Positions 37,582 to 46,674 of a DNA stretch of 64,000 bases are shown here, in pieces. Each line of letters starts with the position of its first letter. The first letter of the stretch is position 1. The stretch spans positions 698 through 64,697 of the forward strand of contig CAYZRP010000024.1 in the NCBI GenBank assembly GCA_964480865.1, given 5' to 3'. Source of the stretch: an uncultured Anaerolineales bacterium (lineage in GTDB: Bacteria; Chloroflexota; Anaerolineae; Anaerolineales; UBA6663). The notes under the pieces are model-generated. The model was given only the letters and a program-made list of their open reading frames with translations. It was not told the origin of the DNA and made no database searches. Made by a program: the position numbers and the translations under genes.

Positions 37582-38133
37582 TCAGATACCGCGGTCGTTT
37601 CGGTAGTGGTCGACGGAAAACGCGTAGAGCACTTTCGTCAGGAACAGCACGGCGATGATCAGGAAGGGCGGCGGAAATCCGCCGAAACCGATCACGAGCG
37701 CGAGGCCGAGCACCCAGAGAACCGCGGCAACGAACACCTGCTGCGAGTGACCGTGCAGCCAGTTGACGATCGCGGCGCCCATGATGGTGTAGGCCCAGGC
37801 CGCAATGGCCGGCCACAGATACACAGATAGCAGCCACGCCAGGGCCGGCAGGTGGACGTGGATGGCGATAAAGATCCACCGATGGCGGGGACGTTGGGCG
37901 TAGTAGTCGCTCGTTCCGCGCGTGAAGTTGGCGACGCTTCCCGCTGCCACATCGAAGCACAGCAGAAACGCCAGGAGGCTCCGCCACCACGGCAGCTCCA
38001 TGGTCCATGTCGGAAAGACGAGGAAGAGCGCACAGGCCACCGCCAGCCCCACACCGAGCACAGCGGCGATCTCGCCCCCAGATTGGCGCTCACCGAAGAC
38101 ATCATGCAGGATCGCCGGGACGCGAATGGTCAT
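37582..38133 (-). CDS. Hypothetical membrane protein (about 6 TM)
   Basis: Start MTIRVP at 38133. The upstream part of the listed ORF runs through a hairpin repeat. Confidence 0.5.
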   Translation of the reverse strand: MTIRVPAILHDVFGERQSGGEIAAVLGVGLAVACALFLVFPTWTMELPWWRSLLAFLLCFDVAAGSVANFTRGTSDYYAQRPRHRWIFIAIHVHLPALAWLLSVYLWPAIAAWAYTIMGAAIVNWLHGHSQQVFVAAVLWVLGLALVIGFGGFPPPFLIIAVLFLTKVLYAFSVDHYRNDRGI

Positions 38134-38168
38134 GGTTGAGACCTGCTTGCAATCGAGCACGAAGCACT

Positions 38169-38226
38169 GACGAAAGACGAAGGTTGTGCTGACGACAACC
38201 TTCGTCTTCATCCTTCGTCATTCGTC
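38169..38226. repeat. GACGAAN-heptamer hairpin element
   Basis: gacgaaa gacgaag gttgtgctgacgacaacc ttcgtct tcatcc ttcgtca ttcgtc. Confidence 0.9.
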
Positions 38227-38232
38227 TGATGA

Positions 38233-39507
38233 TCAGGCTTCCGCGGTCCGCGGTCTTCCGTCCACAGTCGCCGTGGCTTCACCGCGCCGCACACCCAGCA
38301 TCAACACCAGCGCGATGGCCATGAAGACGGGCGCCACGACCATGATCAGGCTGTAGTTGTTGCCCGACAGCTGGATGATCCAGCCGTTGACGTTCGGCCC
38401 GGCGATGTTCGAAAGGGTCGAGAAGAGGTAGTACAGGCCCGTGAAAGTGCCGATGCGGGCCGGCACCGTCAGATCCACAACCATCGGCAGTGAATTGATG
38501 TTGATCAGGGCCCACGCTGCACCGCCGAACATCAACATCAGGCCAACCACCGGCACCGCGCCAAGGACCGGGATCGAGAACAGGACGGTGGTGAGGGTCG
38601 CCACGGGCAGGAAGAACGTGCCCAGCATCACCGCGCTCATCAACACGATGCCGATGACGATGGTCACACGACGACCCAGTGTCGCGCCGATGTACCCGGC
38701 GGGCAGGGCGAACAGCACGAAGATCAAGGATTGCTGCCCGGCCAGACGCACGCCATCGGCCGGCGCCAGGCCCAGGTGGTTGACCGCGTAGAGCGTGAAG
38801 AACGCCTCGATCGCCGAGTAGCCCAGGAACCAGAAGAAGATCGCCAGCAACAGGCGCATCCCGCTGTGATCCGGATCGGCGGCCACTTCCCGCAGGCTGG
38901 CCAGCAGGCCGGGGCCGCGCTCAGTCGCCGCGATCTCCTTGGGCTCGCGGATGAACGCGAAGACCAGGAGCGACGCAATGATCACGAGCACCGAGCCGAG
39001 CCAGAATGGGTAGGCCGGGTTGATGCGATACAGCTGCGAGCCGCCGAGCGTGGCCACGATCGCGCCGAGGCCACCCATCAGGTTGATGATGCCGTTGGCC
39101 TGCGAGCGCAGCGGCGAGGGTGTGATGTCGGGCATCAGCGCCACCACCGGCGTGCGCCAGAAGGCCATGCTGAGCAACAGCGTCGACGTGCAGGCGACGA
39201 AGAGCGGCAGCGCTGACGCCAGCGGGATCAGGCCGAAGGCCAGGGCGCCGACCGGCGCGCCGATGAGGATGAAGGGCATGCGTCGCCCGATGGGTGTGCG
39301 CAGCCTATCCGACCAGGCGCCGACGGGCGGCTGGATAAAGAGCGCCGCCAGGTTGTCGAGTGTCATGAAGAAGCCGATGATGCCCGGCTCGAGGCCGAAC
39401 TTGTCGGCCAGGAAGAGCGGCACGAACGCGTTGTAGACCGCCCAGATGACGCTGACGCCGAAGAAGCCGAAACCCAGAAGGAACGTCTTGCCGTAGTTCA
39501 GCCGCAT
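38233..39507 (-). CDS. MFS transporter (SLC45/glycoside-type)
   Basis: 12 TM. Motif PPVGAWSDRLRTPIGRRMPFILIG is typical of the D-R-x-G-R-R MFS loop. Confidence 0.85.
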   Translation of the reverse strand: MRLNYGKTFLLGFGFFGVSVIWAVYNAFVPLFLADKFGLEPGIIGFFMTLDNLAALFIQPPVGAWSDRLRTPIGRRMPFILIGAPVGALAFGLIPLASALPLFVACTSTLLLSMAFWRTPVVALMPDITPSPLRSQANGIINLMGGLGAIVATLGGSQLYRINPAYPFWLGSVLVIIASLLVFAFIREPKEIAATERGPGLLASLREVAADPDHSGMRLLLAIFFWFLGYSAIEAFFTLYAVNHLGLAPADGVRLAGQQSLIFVLFALPAGYIGATLGRRVTIVIGIVLMSAVMLGTFFLPVATLTTVLFSIPVLGAVPVVGLMLMFGGAAWALININSLPMVVDLTVPARIGTFTGLYYLFSTLSNIAGPNVNGWIIQLSGNNYSLIMVVAPVFMAIALVLMLGVRRGEATATVDGRPRTAEA

Positions 39508-39631
39508 GATTGCCCCCGTCGATGATGTAGAGGCAAGTATACGTCGTCGACGTTAACCCTCACCGCTGAGTCAACGGGCCGCCCGCCCGACGAGCCCTGC
39601 GCCGGCCAAACCTCATTCGCCGTCGGTCACC

Positions 39632-40882
39632 TCACGCCATTGCCTTCGGGAACCGCCACACCGCCAGCCCGAAGAACACCACGGCATACGCCATCAGCAC
39701 GCTGATCGGCAACCAGACCGACTCGAGCCCCTGGCCACGGATCACGATATTCTGCAGCCCGATCATGGCCCAGGTCGCTGGCAGCAACCTGCCGATGGTG
39801 GCGAAGGCCTGGCCCGCAAACTCGAGCGGGAACCAGGTGCCGCCCATCGCCGAGAAGATGAACATGGCCATCATCGAAAACAGCACGACCTGATCGTCGC
39901 TACGCGCCAGAACACCGATGAACAGGCCCATGCATGCGACCCACAGACCGAGCGCCATTGCGATCAGCAACGTCGCGCCGGCCTCGCGCAGGTAGTCGAC
40001 GCCCAGCAGCCCCTGGCCGAGCGCCACAAGCAACAACGTCTGCGCCAGAGTGATGACGAACATCGCGAGCATATGCCCGGCCACGACCTCCCACGCCGGC
40101 ATCGACGTGGTCAACAGACGCTGCAGCGTGCGTGTCTTGCGTTCCTGCACGAGGATCTGGGCTGACGCCACAAGCCCCATGATCGCGAACTGCACCAGGA
40201 TGCCCGGTGAGGCCTGGTTGTAGGGATTGCCACCGAAGGCAGCCTCAGGCTCAGGCGCCGTTGCGCGCTCGACGACGACGCGTTGCATACCCGACTGCCT
40301 GCCCCAGGCCGACCAGGCCGTCTCGAAGGCCGCTTCGGCGTTCGACTCAGGCATCAGGGCGACGCTCAACCGCGCAATCTCGCGAGCGCTGAGCAACTCG
40401 GTCAGCGTGATCTGCACGCCCCGATATAACGCCTGTGTGGATGCCGAAGCCGGGTCTGCCACCAGGGTCAGCGGCGCGGCAACGTCCCCGGTTCCGCTTT
40501 CGGTGGCAGCACCGAAGGTGGCAGCACCGAAGGTGGCACCACCGAAGGTGGCACCACCGAAGGTGGCAGGTACCGTCAATACCCCCAACACCTCCTTGGA
40601 CTCCAGTGCACGCCGCGCTTCGTCCGACTCCATACGCACCGCGTTGATCGTGCCCGACTCGCTCAATCTTTCGAAGAGCAGCCCGGCCATGGTCGACTCA
40701 GGCATCTCGGCCACCCAGGCCACCTTGAGTCGTGGATCCGTTTCAGCGCTGGGCTCGCCCCCGCGATAGGCAAGGCCCATGAACAGCGTGAACACGATCG
40801 GCATCGCCACAAGAAACAGCAAAGACTTCCGATCGCGCACGATCTGGTCGAGGTCCTTGAGCGCAAGAGTGAAGAGACGCAT
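39632..40882 (-). CDS. ABC-2 type permease with large extracytoplasmic loop
   Basis: N-terminal TM, an approximately 200-aa loop, then 5 TM. ALKDLDQIVRDRKSL start. Confidence 0.78.
   Translation of the reverse strand: MRLFTLALKDLDQIVRDRKSLLFLVAMPIVFTLFMGLAYRGGEPSAETDPRLKVAWVAEMPESTMAGLLFERLSESGTINAVRMESDEARRALESKEVLGVLTVPATFGGATFGGATFGAATFGAATESGTGDVAAPLTLVADPASASTQALYRGVQITLTELLSAREIARLSVALMPESNAEAAFETAWSAWGRQSGMQRVVVERATAPEPEAAFGGNPYNQASPGILVQFAIMGLVASAQILVQERKTRTLQRLLTTSMPAWEVVAGHMLAMFVITLAQTLLLVALGQGLLGVDYLREAGATLLIAMALGLWVACMGLFIGVLARSDDQVVLFSMMAMFIFSAMGGTWFPLEFAGQAFATIGRLLPATWAMIGLQNIVIRGQGLESVWLPISVLMAYAVVFFGLAVWRFPKAMA
40502..40570 (-). repeat. 15-nt in-frame tandem repeat x4.6 encoding ATFGG/ATFGA in the permease loop
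   Basis: ggtggcagcaccgaa x2, ggtggcaccaccgaa x2, ggtggcagg. The protein reads ATFGGATFGGATFGAATFGAAT. Confidence 0.95.
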
Positions 40883-40901
40883 GGTTGAACTCCATCACAA
40901 T

Positions 40902-40972
40902 GGTTATTGGTCATTGGCTATTTGCTATTGAGTTCCAATAACCAATAACCCATGAACAATGCCCCATAACCC
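40902..40972. repeat. Heptamer hairpin element, GTTATTG/CCAATAA family
   Basis: ggttatt ggtcatt ggctatt tgctatt gagtt ccaataa ccaataa cccatga acaatgc cccataa cc. Lies between two co-directional permease genes. Confidence 0.85.
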
Positions 40973-40984
40973 TGACAGACGCCT

Positions 40985-42253
40985 TTACGCAAAACGCCGT
41001 TGGATCCGCCAGGCTCCGATGATGAAGCAGGCGGCGCCGATGAGAAGCAGCACAAGGGTCGGCGTGACGAGCTCGGCCGGCCCCTGGCCCGCCAGGGTGA
41101 GCTTCCAGGCTTTGATCACCCAGCCCTGCGGCGTGAAGTCGGCCAGCCGCGTGAAGATCTCGGGCAGCGTGCCGGTGCCGGTGAACAGCCCGCCGAGCAT
41201 GCCCATCGCGGTCAGGCCGCCGCCGATCACGGGCCCGGCCTGTTTGGCAGTCTTGACGAACGCGATCAGCAGCACGCCCAGGCCCGTCGCGCCGGCCACC
41301 TGTCCGACAAGCGCCAGTACCACACTCACGGGGTCGCCCCACTCGACGCCGAAGGCATAGCGCGTGGCGATCAGGAGCACAAGGCCCTGCACGATCACGG
41401 AGACGAACACGGCCACGAACTTGCCGGCCAGGATCGTGGTCCTGTGGGTCGGCGACGAGAACAGGCGGGGCAACGTGCCCTCCTCGTCTTCGCGCAGCAG
41501 GGAGATCATCGAAAACGCTCCGGTGAAGAAGGCGAAGAACACCATTTGTCCGGCGGCGATCTGCGACATGATCACCTGCAACGTGTCCTGGTTGGATCCC
41601 GTCGTCGCGGGCGCCATCTGCACCAACGCTGCCTCGCTGGTCTGATGCAGCATGGCCCGCTGCGTCGTGGCGTACCACGCCGAGTATTGGGTCAGCAACG
41701 CCGATGCATCCAGCCCGCTGGGATCACGCCCTTCGGCGGCCCATTGCTCGTTCACGGTTTCGAGTGCGATCCGCCCGCCCTCGACGCCCTGGAGGAGCGC
41801 GTTCACCATGGCCTCGGCGATCTGCGGCCCGACGGTCAGGGTTGGATCACTGACGACGGTGACAGCTGCCTCACGGCCGGCGAGCACGTCGACTGTGAAG
41901 CCAGCCGGCACGATCACGGCGACGCCAAGCGCCTGGCCGTTCACGGCCGCGCGCGCCGACTCCTCATCCGCAAAGTCGCTGGCCTCCAGCCACCCCGTCA
42001 CACTCGGGTCGGTGAACAGCGCTCGAAGGGTTTCGCCAAGCGACTCTTCGAGTGCAGCATCTTCAGGCAACGTATCGAGGTTGACGACGCCAACCCGAAT
42101 CGCCTGCGGGGCTGGCTCACCGCCGGTCAACCCGCCGAACGCGAAGTAGATCAGGAGGATCAGCAGCAGCGGCGCGCCCACCATCATGCCGATGGCGAAC
42201 CCGCTCCGCAGTGTCTGCTTCAGATCTTTCAGGGCAATGTCGATGACTCTCAT
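40985..42253 (-). CDS. ABC-2 type permease with large extracytoplasmic loop (paralog)
   Basis: Same architecture as 39632..40882. ALKDLKQTLRSG start. Confidence 0.78.
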   Translation of the reverse strand: MRVIDIALKDLKQTLRSGFAIGMMVGAPLLLILLIYFAFGGLTGGEPAPQAIRVGVVNLDTLPEDAALEESLGETLRALFTDPSVTGWLEASDFADEESARAAVNGQALGVAVIVPAGFTVDVLAGREAAVTVVSDPTLTVGPQIAEAMVNALLQGVEGGRIALETVNEQWAAEGRDPSGLDASALLTQYSAWYATTQRAMLHQTSEAALVQMAPATTGSNQDTLQVIMSQIAAGQMVFFAFFTGAFSMISLLREDEEGTLPRLFSSPTHRTTILAGKFVAVFVSVIVQGLVLLIATRYAFGVEWGDPVSVVLALVGQVAGATGLGVLLIAFVKTAKQAGPVIGGGLTAMGMLGGLFTGTGTLPEIFTRLADFTPQGWVIKAWKLTLAGQGPAELVTPTLVLLLIGAACFIIGAWRIQRRFA

Positions 42254-42272
42254 AGTGTCGAACTCTGAAAAC

Positions 42273-42344
42273 GACGAATGGCGAAAGACGAATGACGAAG
42301 GTTGACAACCTGCCAGGCGAACTGTCGCTCCGGGCGACGACAGG
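42273..42344. repeat. Half GACGAAN element (left arm plus apex) followed by an unrelated hairpin
   Basis: gacgaat ggcgaaa gacgaat gacgaag gttgacaacc, then gaactgtcgc-tccgg-gcgacgacag. Confidence 0.75.
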
Positions 42345-42352
42345 CATCGCCT

Positions 42353-43291
42353 CTACGCGTCTCGCAACGCCTTCCCGGTCAGTTTGAGAAACACGCTTTC
42401 GAGGTTAGGCTCGTTGATGTCGACCGATGTGATGCGCGCGCCGACCGGGGTGGCGGCTTCGAACAGACGTGGCAGAGCGACGTTCGAGTCGTCGACAAGG
42501 GCCGTGATCCGGCCGTTGGCCGAGTCGATGTGGGCGACGCCGTCGATGGCCCGCCAGGCTGGCAGCACACGTTCCGGCTCGATGTTCACGGTCAGGTCGA
42601 TGCGGGTCTGGCCGCCGACCTGGTTGATCAGTTCGTCGTGTGTGCCGCAGGCGATGATGCGCCCTTGATCCATGATCGCGATCCTGTGCGACAGCTCGGC
42701 GGCTTCTTCCATGTAGTGTGTGGTGTAAAGCACCGTCGTGCCCGCTGCGTTGAGGGCCTTGACGTGGTCGAGGATGTGCCGGCGCGACTGTGGGTCGATG
42801 CCCACCGTCGGCTCGTCCATGATCACGACCGAGGGGCCGTGTAACAGCGCGGCGCCGATGTTGACCCGGCGCTTCATGCCCCCCGAGAATGTGCTGACAC
42901 GGTCGCGTTGACGGCCGTTAAGCCCGATCGTCTCGAGCACGGCCTCGATCCTGCGGTTCAGCGCCGCTCCGCGCAGGCCGTACATCTTGCCCCAGAAGGC
43001 CAGGTTCTCGCGCGCTGTCAGGTCGGGATAGAGCGCGATCTCCTGCGGCACGACACCGAGCTGGGCCCTGGCCGCCTGCGAGTCCGTCTTGAGCGAATGG
43101 CCCATGATCGCGGCGTCGCCCGAGGTCGGCTCGATCAGGCCGGAAAGGATCGAGATGGTCGTGCTCTTGCCGGCCCCATTCGGGCCCAACAGGCTGAACA
43201 CCTCGCCCTCGCGTACAGCAAACGTGATCCCGGCGACCGCCTGAACGGAGCCGAACGCTTTGTGAAGATCCCGAACGTCGATGGCTGTCAC
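42353..43291 (-). CDS. ABC transporter ATP-binding protein
   Basis: GTG start at 43291, 8 nt after gggag. LLGPNGAGKSTT, FSGGMKRRV, VVIMDEPT. Confidence 0.9.
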   Translation of the reverse strand: MTAIDVRDLHKAFGSVQAVAGITFAVREGEVFSLLGPNGAGKSTTISILSGLIEPTSGDAAIMGHSLKTDSQAARAQLGVVPQEIALYPDLTARENLAFWGKMYGLRGAALNRRIEAVLETIGLNGRQRDRVSTFSGGMKRRVNIGAALLHGPSVVIMDEPTVGIDPQSRRHILDHVKALNAAGTTVLYTTHYMEEAAELSHRIAIMDQGRIIACGTHDELINQVGGQTRIDLTVNIEPERVLPAWRAIDGVAHIDSANGRITALVDDSNVALPRLFEAATPVGARITSVDINEPNLESVFLKLTGKALRDA

Positions 43292-43385
43292 AGTCAATTC
43301 TCCCGAAAACGCGCTTACATCGCGCGTCGTCTCAAACACGATACGGCCGGCGACGGTCGGTTCCCAGTGTGCCTTCGGGAAGATG

Positions 43386-43411
43386 GGACAATGTCCATTC
43401 GGACAGTGTCC
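43386..43411. promoter_or_regulatory. Two 11-bp near-palindromes GGACAATGTCC / GGACAGTGTCC, 15 bp centre-to-centre (candidate NarL-type RR operator)
   Basis: Read directly in the divergent intergenic between the ABC operon (-) and the HK/RR operon (+). Confidence 0.45.
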
Positions 43412-43455
43412 GTTTGCACACTGGCGCAGCCCGATGCTCCGCGCCACAATGAGCT

Positions 43456-44658
43456 ATGACTTCCTCGACGGCTTCCTCATCGTACAAGGCCCCAGGTGAA
43501 CGGGCATTCTTCCTGTTCCTGACGCTCGTCCTGGTGGGCGCCTACGCATTTTCGGTGGCCGTCACGCCGGTCCTGCGTGAACCACTTCGACTGGCGGCTC
43601 TCACCCTCGTGCTGCTCGTGCATCTCGGGCTGCATTGGGGCCTTTACCTCGGCAAGGTGCCGCTGCGCGGGTTATGGCCCTTTCTCCTTGTGCAAGGGGC
43701 ACTGGCCCTCGCGATCTCGTGGCTGTCGTTCAACATCGCTCTGCTCTTTGGCGCCTTCATGGCCCTGATCGGCGAGTCGGTCGGGATCTTCGGCGGCCGC
43801 TGGAAGCACACCGTCGCCGCAGTTCTGTATCTGGGCGCTCTGATGACTCTGGGGATCGCGCTGATATTCGGCGCGGATGGCTGGTTGGGTTGGGCGCTGT
43901 CGATGGGCCCGATCGCCCTGTTCGTCATCATCTATGTCGCGCTCTACAGCCGCCAGGCCGACGCCCGCGAGCAGGCTCAACAACTGGCGAGGGAGCTCGA
44001 AACGGCGAACCGCCAACTCAGCGAATACGCCGCCCGGGTCGAGGATCTGACCATCGTGGCCGAAAGACAACGGATCGCGCGTGAGCTGCACGATACCCTC
44101 TCACAAGGCCTCGCCGGTCTCATCCTGCAACTGGAAGCAGCCGACGCCCATCTCAGCAACGAGCGCGTCGAAAAAGCGCGCGTGATCGTGTCGGATGCCA
44201 TGGCTCAGGCCCGAGTGACTCTGGCCGATGCTCGCAACGCCATCGATGACCTGCGCCAGCCGGCGCCCGATGACCTCGAGAAAGCTCTATGTCGCGAGGC
44301 CACACGGTTCGAGCAGGCCACTGGCATCGCGACGAATTGCCAGGTGGAAGCCGGGCTCGATCTATCTGAGACGTCTACTGACGCTGCTCTGCGTATCGTG
44401 TCGGAATCGCTCGCCAATGTGGCCCGGCACGCTCAGGCTCATCGAGTGACGATCACGGCCTGCGCCGAGGGCGCGTGGCTGGCCCTTTCGATCGAAGATG
44501 ACGGCATCGGGTTCGACACAACCCTCGAGCAGACGGGTCACTATGGTCTGATCGGCATCCGCGAGCGCGCGCGCCTGGCCGGTGGTCGCTTCGACATACG
44601 TAGCCAACCGGGCGCCGGCACGACCGTGAGCGTTCGCCTGCCGCTGGAGAGCCACTGA
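43456..44658 (+). CDS. Sensor histidine kinase, NarL/LiaS class (HisKA_3)
   Basis: Five or six TM segments, then ERQRIARELHDTLSQGL (HisKA_3 H-box). HATPase motifs (ESLANVARHA, DDGIGF, GLIGIRERA). Confidence 0.88.
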   Translation: MTSSTASSSYKAPGERAFFLFLTLVLVGAYAFSVAVTPVLREPLRLAALTLVLLVHLGLHWGLYLGKVPLRGLWPFLLVQGALALAISWLSFNIALLFGAFMALIGESVGIFGGRWKHTVAAVLYLGALMTLGIALIFGADGWLGWALSMGPIALFVIIYVALYSRQADAREQAQQLARELETANRQLSEYAARVEDLTIVAERQRIARELHDTLSQGLAGLILQLEAADAHLSNERVEKARVIVSDAMAQARVTLADARNAIDDLRQPAPDDLEKALCREATRFEQATGIATNCQVEAGLDLSETSTDAALRIVSESLANVARHAQAHRVTITACAEGAWLALSIEDDGIGFDTTLEQTGHYGLIGIRERARLAGGRFDIRSQPGAGTTVSVRLPLESH

Positions 44659-44659
44659 G

Positions 44660-45334
44660 ATGCCTTCGATCCGCATCGTCATCGCTGACGATCACCTCAT
44701 CGTCCGTCAGGGCCTGCGTTTGATCCTCGAGACAGAGGCGGATCTGGTGCTGGTCGGCGAAGCCGCAAACGGCGAAGAAGCTCTCACGCTGTGCGCCGAG
44801 CTCAAGCCCAACGTCGTGCTGATGGATCTGCGGATGCCCGGTGTCGATGGGCTCACCGCCATCGAGCGCCTGAGCGTTCAGCAGCCCGAGATCGCCGTCG
44901 TGATCCTGACCACCTACAACGAAGACGCGCTCATGCTGCGTGGACTCCAGGCGGGCGCGCGCGGCTATCTGCTGAAAGATACCGGCCGCGCGGCGCTGTT
45001 CGATACGATCCGGGCTGCCGCGCGCGGCGAAACTCTGCTTGGCCCCGACGTCATGGCCCGCGTGCTGGCTCGCGCCGCGGCGCCCGCCCCAGCGAAGGCT
45101 TCGTCCAACGACGTGTCGTTGACCGATCGCGAAAGCGAAGTGCTTGCGGCTGTGGCGCGCGGTGAGCGCAGTAAAGAGATCGCCGCGCACCTGGGCATCA
45201 GTGAACGCACGGTCAAGGCGCACCTGGCCAGCATCTACGAAAAGTTGGGCGTTGACTCACGGGCCGGCGCCATCGCTGCCGCGGCCCAGCGCGGCCTGCT
45301 GCCACCCCCGGCATCCTCCGTAAAGCGCGACTGA
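44660..45334 (+). CDS. NarL/LuxR-family response regulator
   Basis: IRIVIADDHLIVRQGL, VVLMDLRMPGVDG, LTDRESEVLAAVARGERSKEIAAHLGISERTVKAH. Confidence 0.93.
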   Translation: MPSIRIVIADDHLIVRQGLRLILETEADLVLVGEAANGEEALTLCAELKPNVVLMDLRMPGVDGLTAIERLSVQQPEIAVVILTTYNEDALMLRGLQAGARGYLLKDTGRAALFDTIRAAARGETLLGPDVMARVLARAAAPAPAKASSNDVSLTDRESEVLAAVARGERSKEIAAHLGISERTVKAHLASIYEKLGVDSRAGAIAAAAQRGLLPPPASSVKRD

Positions 45335-45618
45335 GAAGGCACTTGAGCCAATGCGCCTTGTCGCGTTGCGCGGACGGGTGAAGCCGGCGTCTTCCTGTCT
45401 CTAGCCCCCTCCCGACAACACGACACGACTCCCATAACCCACCGGCAACCTGCATGAAGGGCAGGGTGGGCTCGCAAGCGCCACGCTGGTTGAGCCGCCT
45501 CCGCCCAAGGTCGGACCGCGCTTCCGCTCGCGGTCGGATGAAGCCACACCCCTGAATCGCTACGCTGACCTCGATCTGTTGCTCTGACATTCGGTTCCCC
45601 AACTCGAGGAGGTCGGCT

Positions 45619-46584
45619 GTGTTTCTCAATGCCCTCTACGCAGCGTTGTTGATGGCTGCCGCCGTGTTCTTCGCCTGGCTGACGACCCGCGCCTGGTTCG
45701 CGGGCCACGTTGTCGTGAAGTGGGCTGGCAGCTTCCTGAGCGGATTACTGTCGCTGGTTCTGGCCTTCGTCGGCGCCGTCGCAGTCGTCGGGCTATCCAG
45801 GGCCTACCTGCCACGCCACGTCGCGATGCAGGAGTTGACGGTCGCCGGCACGCCCGAGCAAGTCGCGCGCGGCGAGCACCTGGCCGGCGTGTTCTGCGCC
45901 AGCTGTCACTCGCTCACCAATGAGCTGCCGCTCACCGGCGGACTCGATATCGGCAAAGACATCCCGCTGCCGGTCGGTAGCTTCGTCACTGCCAACCTGA
46001 CGCCCGGCGGCCCGCTGAAGTCGTGGACGGATGCCCAGATCTTCAACGCCATTCGCAATGGCATCGACAACGAAGGCCGGCCACTCTTTGTCATGTCGAA
46101 CGCCCGTGGCCGCAACCTGAGCGACGCCGATATCCACGCCGTGATCGCCTTTCTGCGCAGCCAGCCCGCCGTCGATCATGACACCCAGCAGCCGCTCGAT
46201 CAGCCCTCGTTCCTGGGCATCCTGATGTTCGGCGCAGGTATGCTGCCGGCTGGCGATCCGCCGACGACGACCACAATCGTTGCGCCCGCCAAGGGCCCAA
46301 CGACCGAGTACGGCGCCTACATCCTCCGCTATCAGGACTGCATGCTCTGCCATGGCGAGGATCTGCGCGGCGGCGATCCGAACGGCCTCGGCCCCGTCGG
46401 GCCGAGCCTGGCGATGGTCAAGGATTGGACACTCGAGGAATTCTCCACAACGCTCCGAACCGGCGTTGATCCGAATGGCCACGAACTCGACAACGCCCGC
46501 ATGCCCTGGCGCAGCGTCGGCCGCATGGATAACGACGAGATCGCGGCGGTCTATTCCTACATCCTCGAGGTTCACAACCGATAG
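45619..46584 (+). CDS. Membrane-anchored di-heme cytochrome c
   Basis: GTG start after ggagg. Two N-terminal TM helices. Two CxxCH motifs (CASCH, CMLCH). Confidence 0.8.
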   Translation: MFLNALYAALLMAAAVFFAWLTTRAWFAGHVVVKWAGSFLSGLLSLVLAFVGAVAVVGLSRAYLPRHVAMQELTVAGTPEQVARGEHLAGVFCASCHSLTNELPLTGGLDIGKDIPLPVGSFVTANLTPGGPLKSWTDAQIFNAIRNGIDNEGRPLFVMSNARGRNLSDADIHAVIAFLRSQPAVDHDTQQPLDQPSFLGILMFGAGMLPAGDPPTTTTIVAPAKGPTTEYGAYILRYQDCMLCHGEDLRGGDPNGLGPVGPSLAMVKDWTLEEFSTTLRTGVDPNGHELDNARMPWRSVGRMDNDEIAAVYSYILEVHNR

Positions 46585-46597
46585 GTAGAGTCGAAAA

Positions 46598-46632
46598 CAG
46601 GGCCGGCTCGATGACAATCGAGCCGGCCCTGT
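46598..46632. terminator. GC-rich hairpin between convergent genes (terminator-like, no clear U-run)
   Basis: acagggccggctcga-tgaca-atcgagccggccctgt. Confidence 0.5.
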
Positions 46633-46674
46633 GTCACTGGCGCTGGTTTCGACGCTGCTGCGCGGTGTTGGGGT

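Noticed and set aside
42353-43447. N-terminal extension of the ABC ATPase containing an HCPNGHCPNGHCP 'metal-binding-like' repeat.
   Set aside because: The repeat is the translation of the tandem GGACANTGTCC palindromes in the promoter region. The ATPase starts at a GTG (43291) with a gggag RBS just before the conserved N-terminus.
45335-45618. Possible small basic ORF (MKGRVGSQAPRWLSRLRPRSDRASARGRMKPHP) or regulatory RNA between the NarL-type RR and the cytochrome c gene.
   Set aside because: There is no RBS and the composition is typical of random GC-rich frames. I saw no conserved structure, so the evidence is insufficient.
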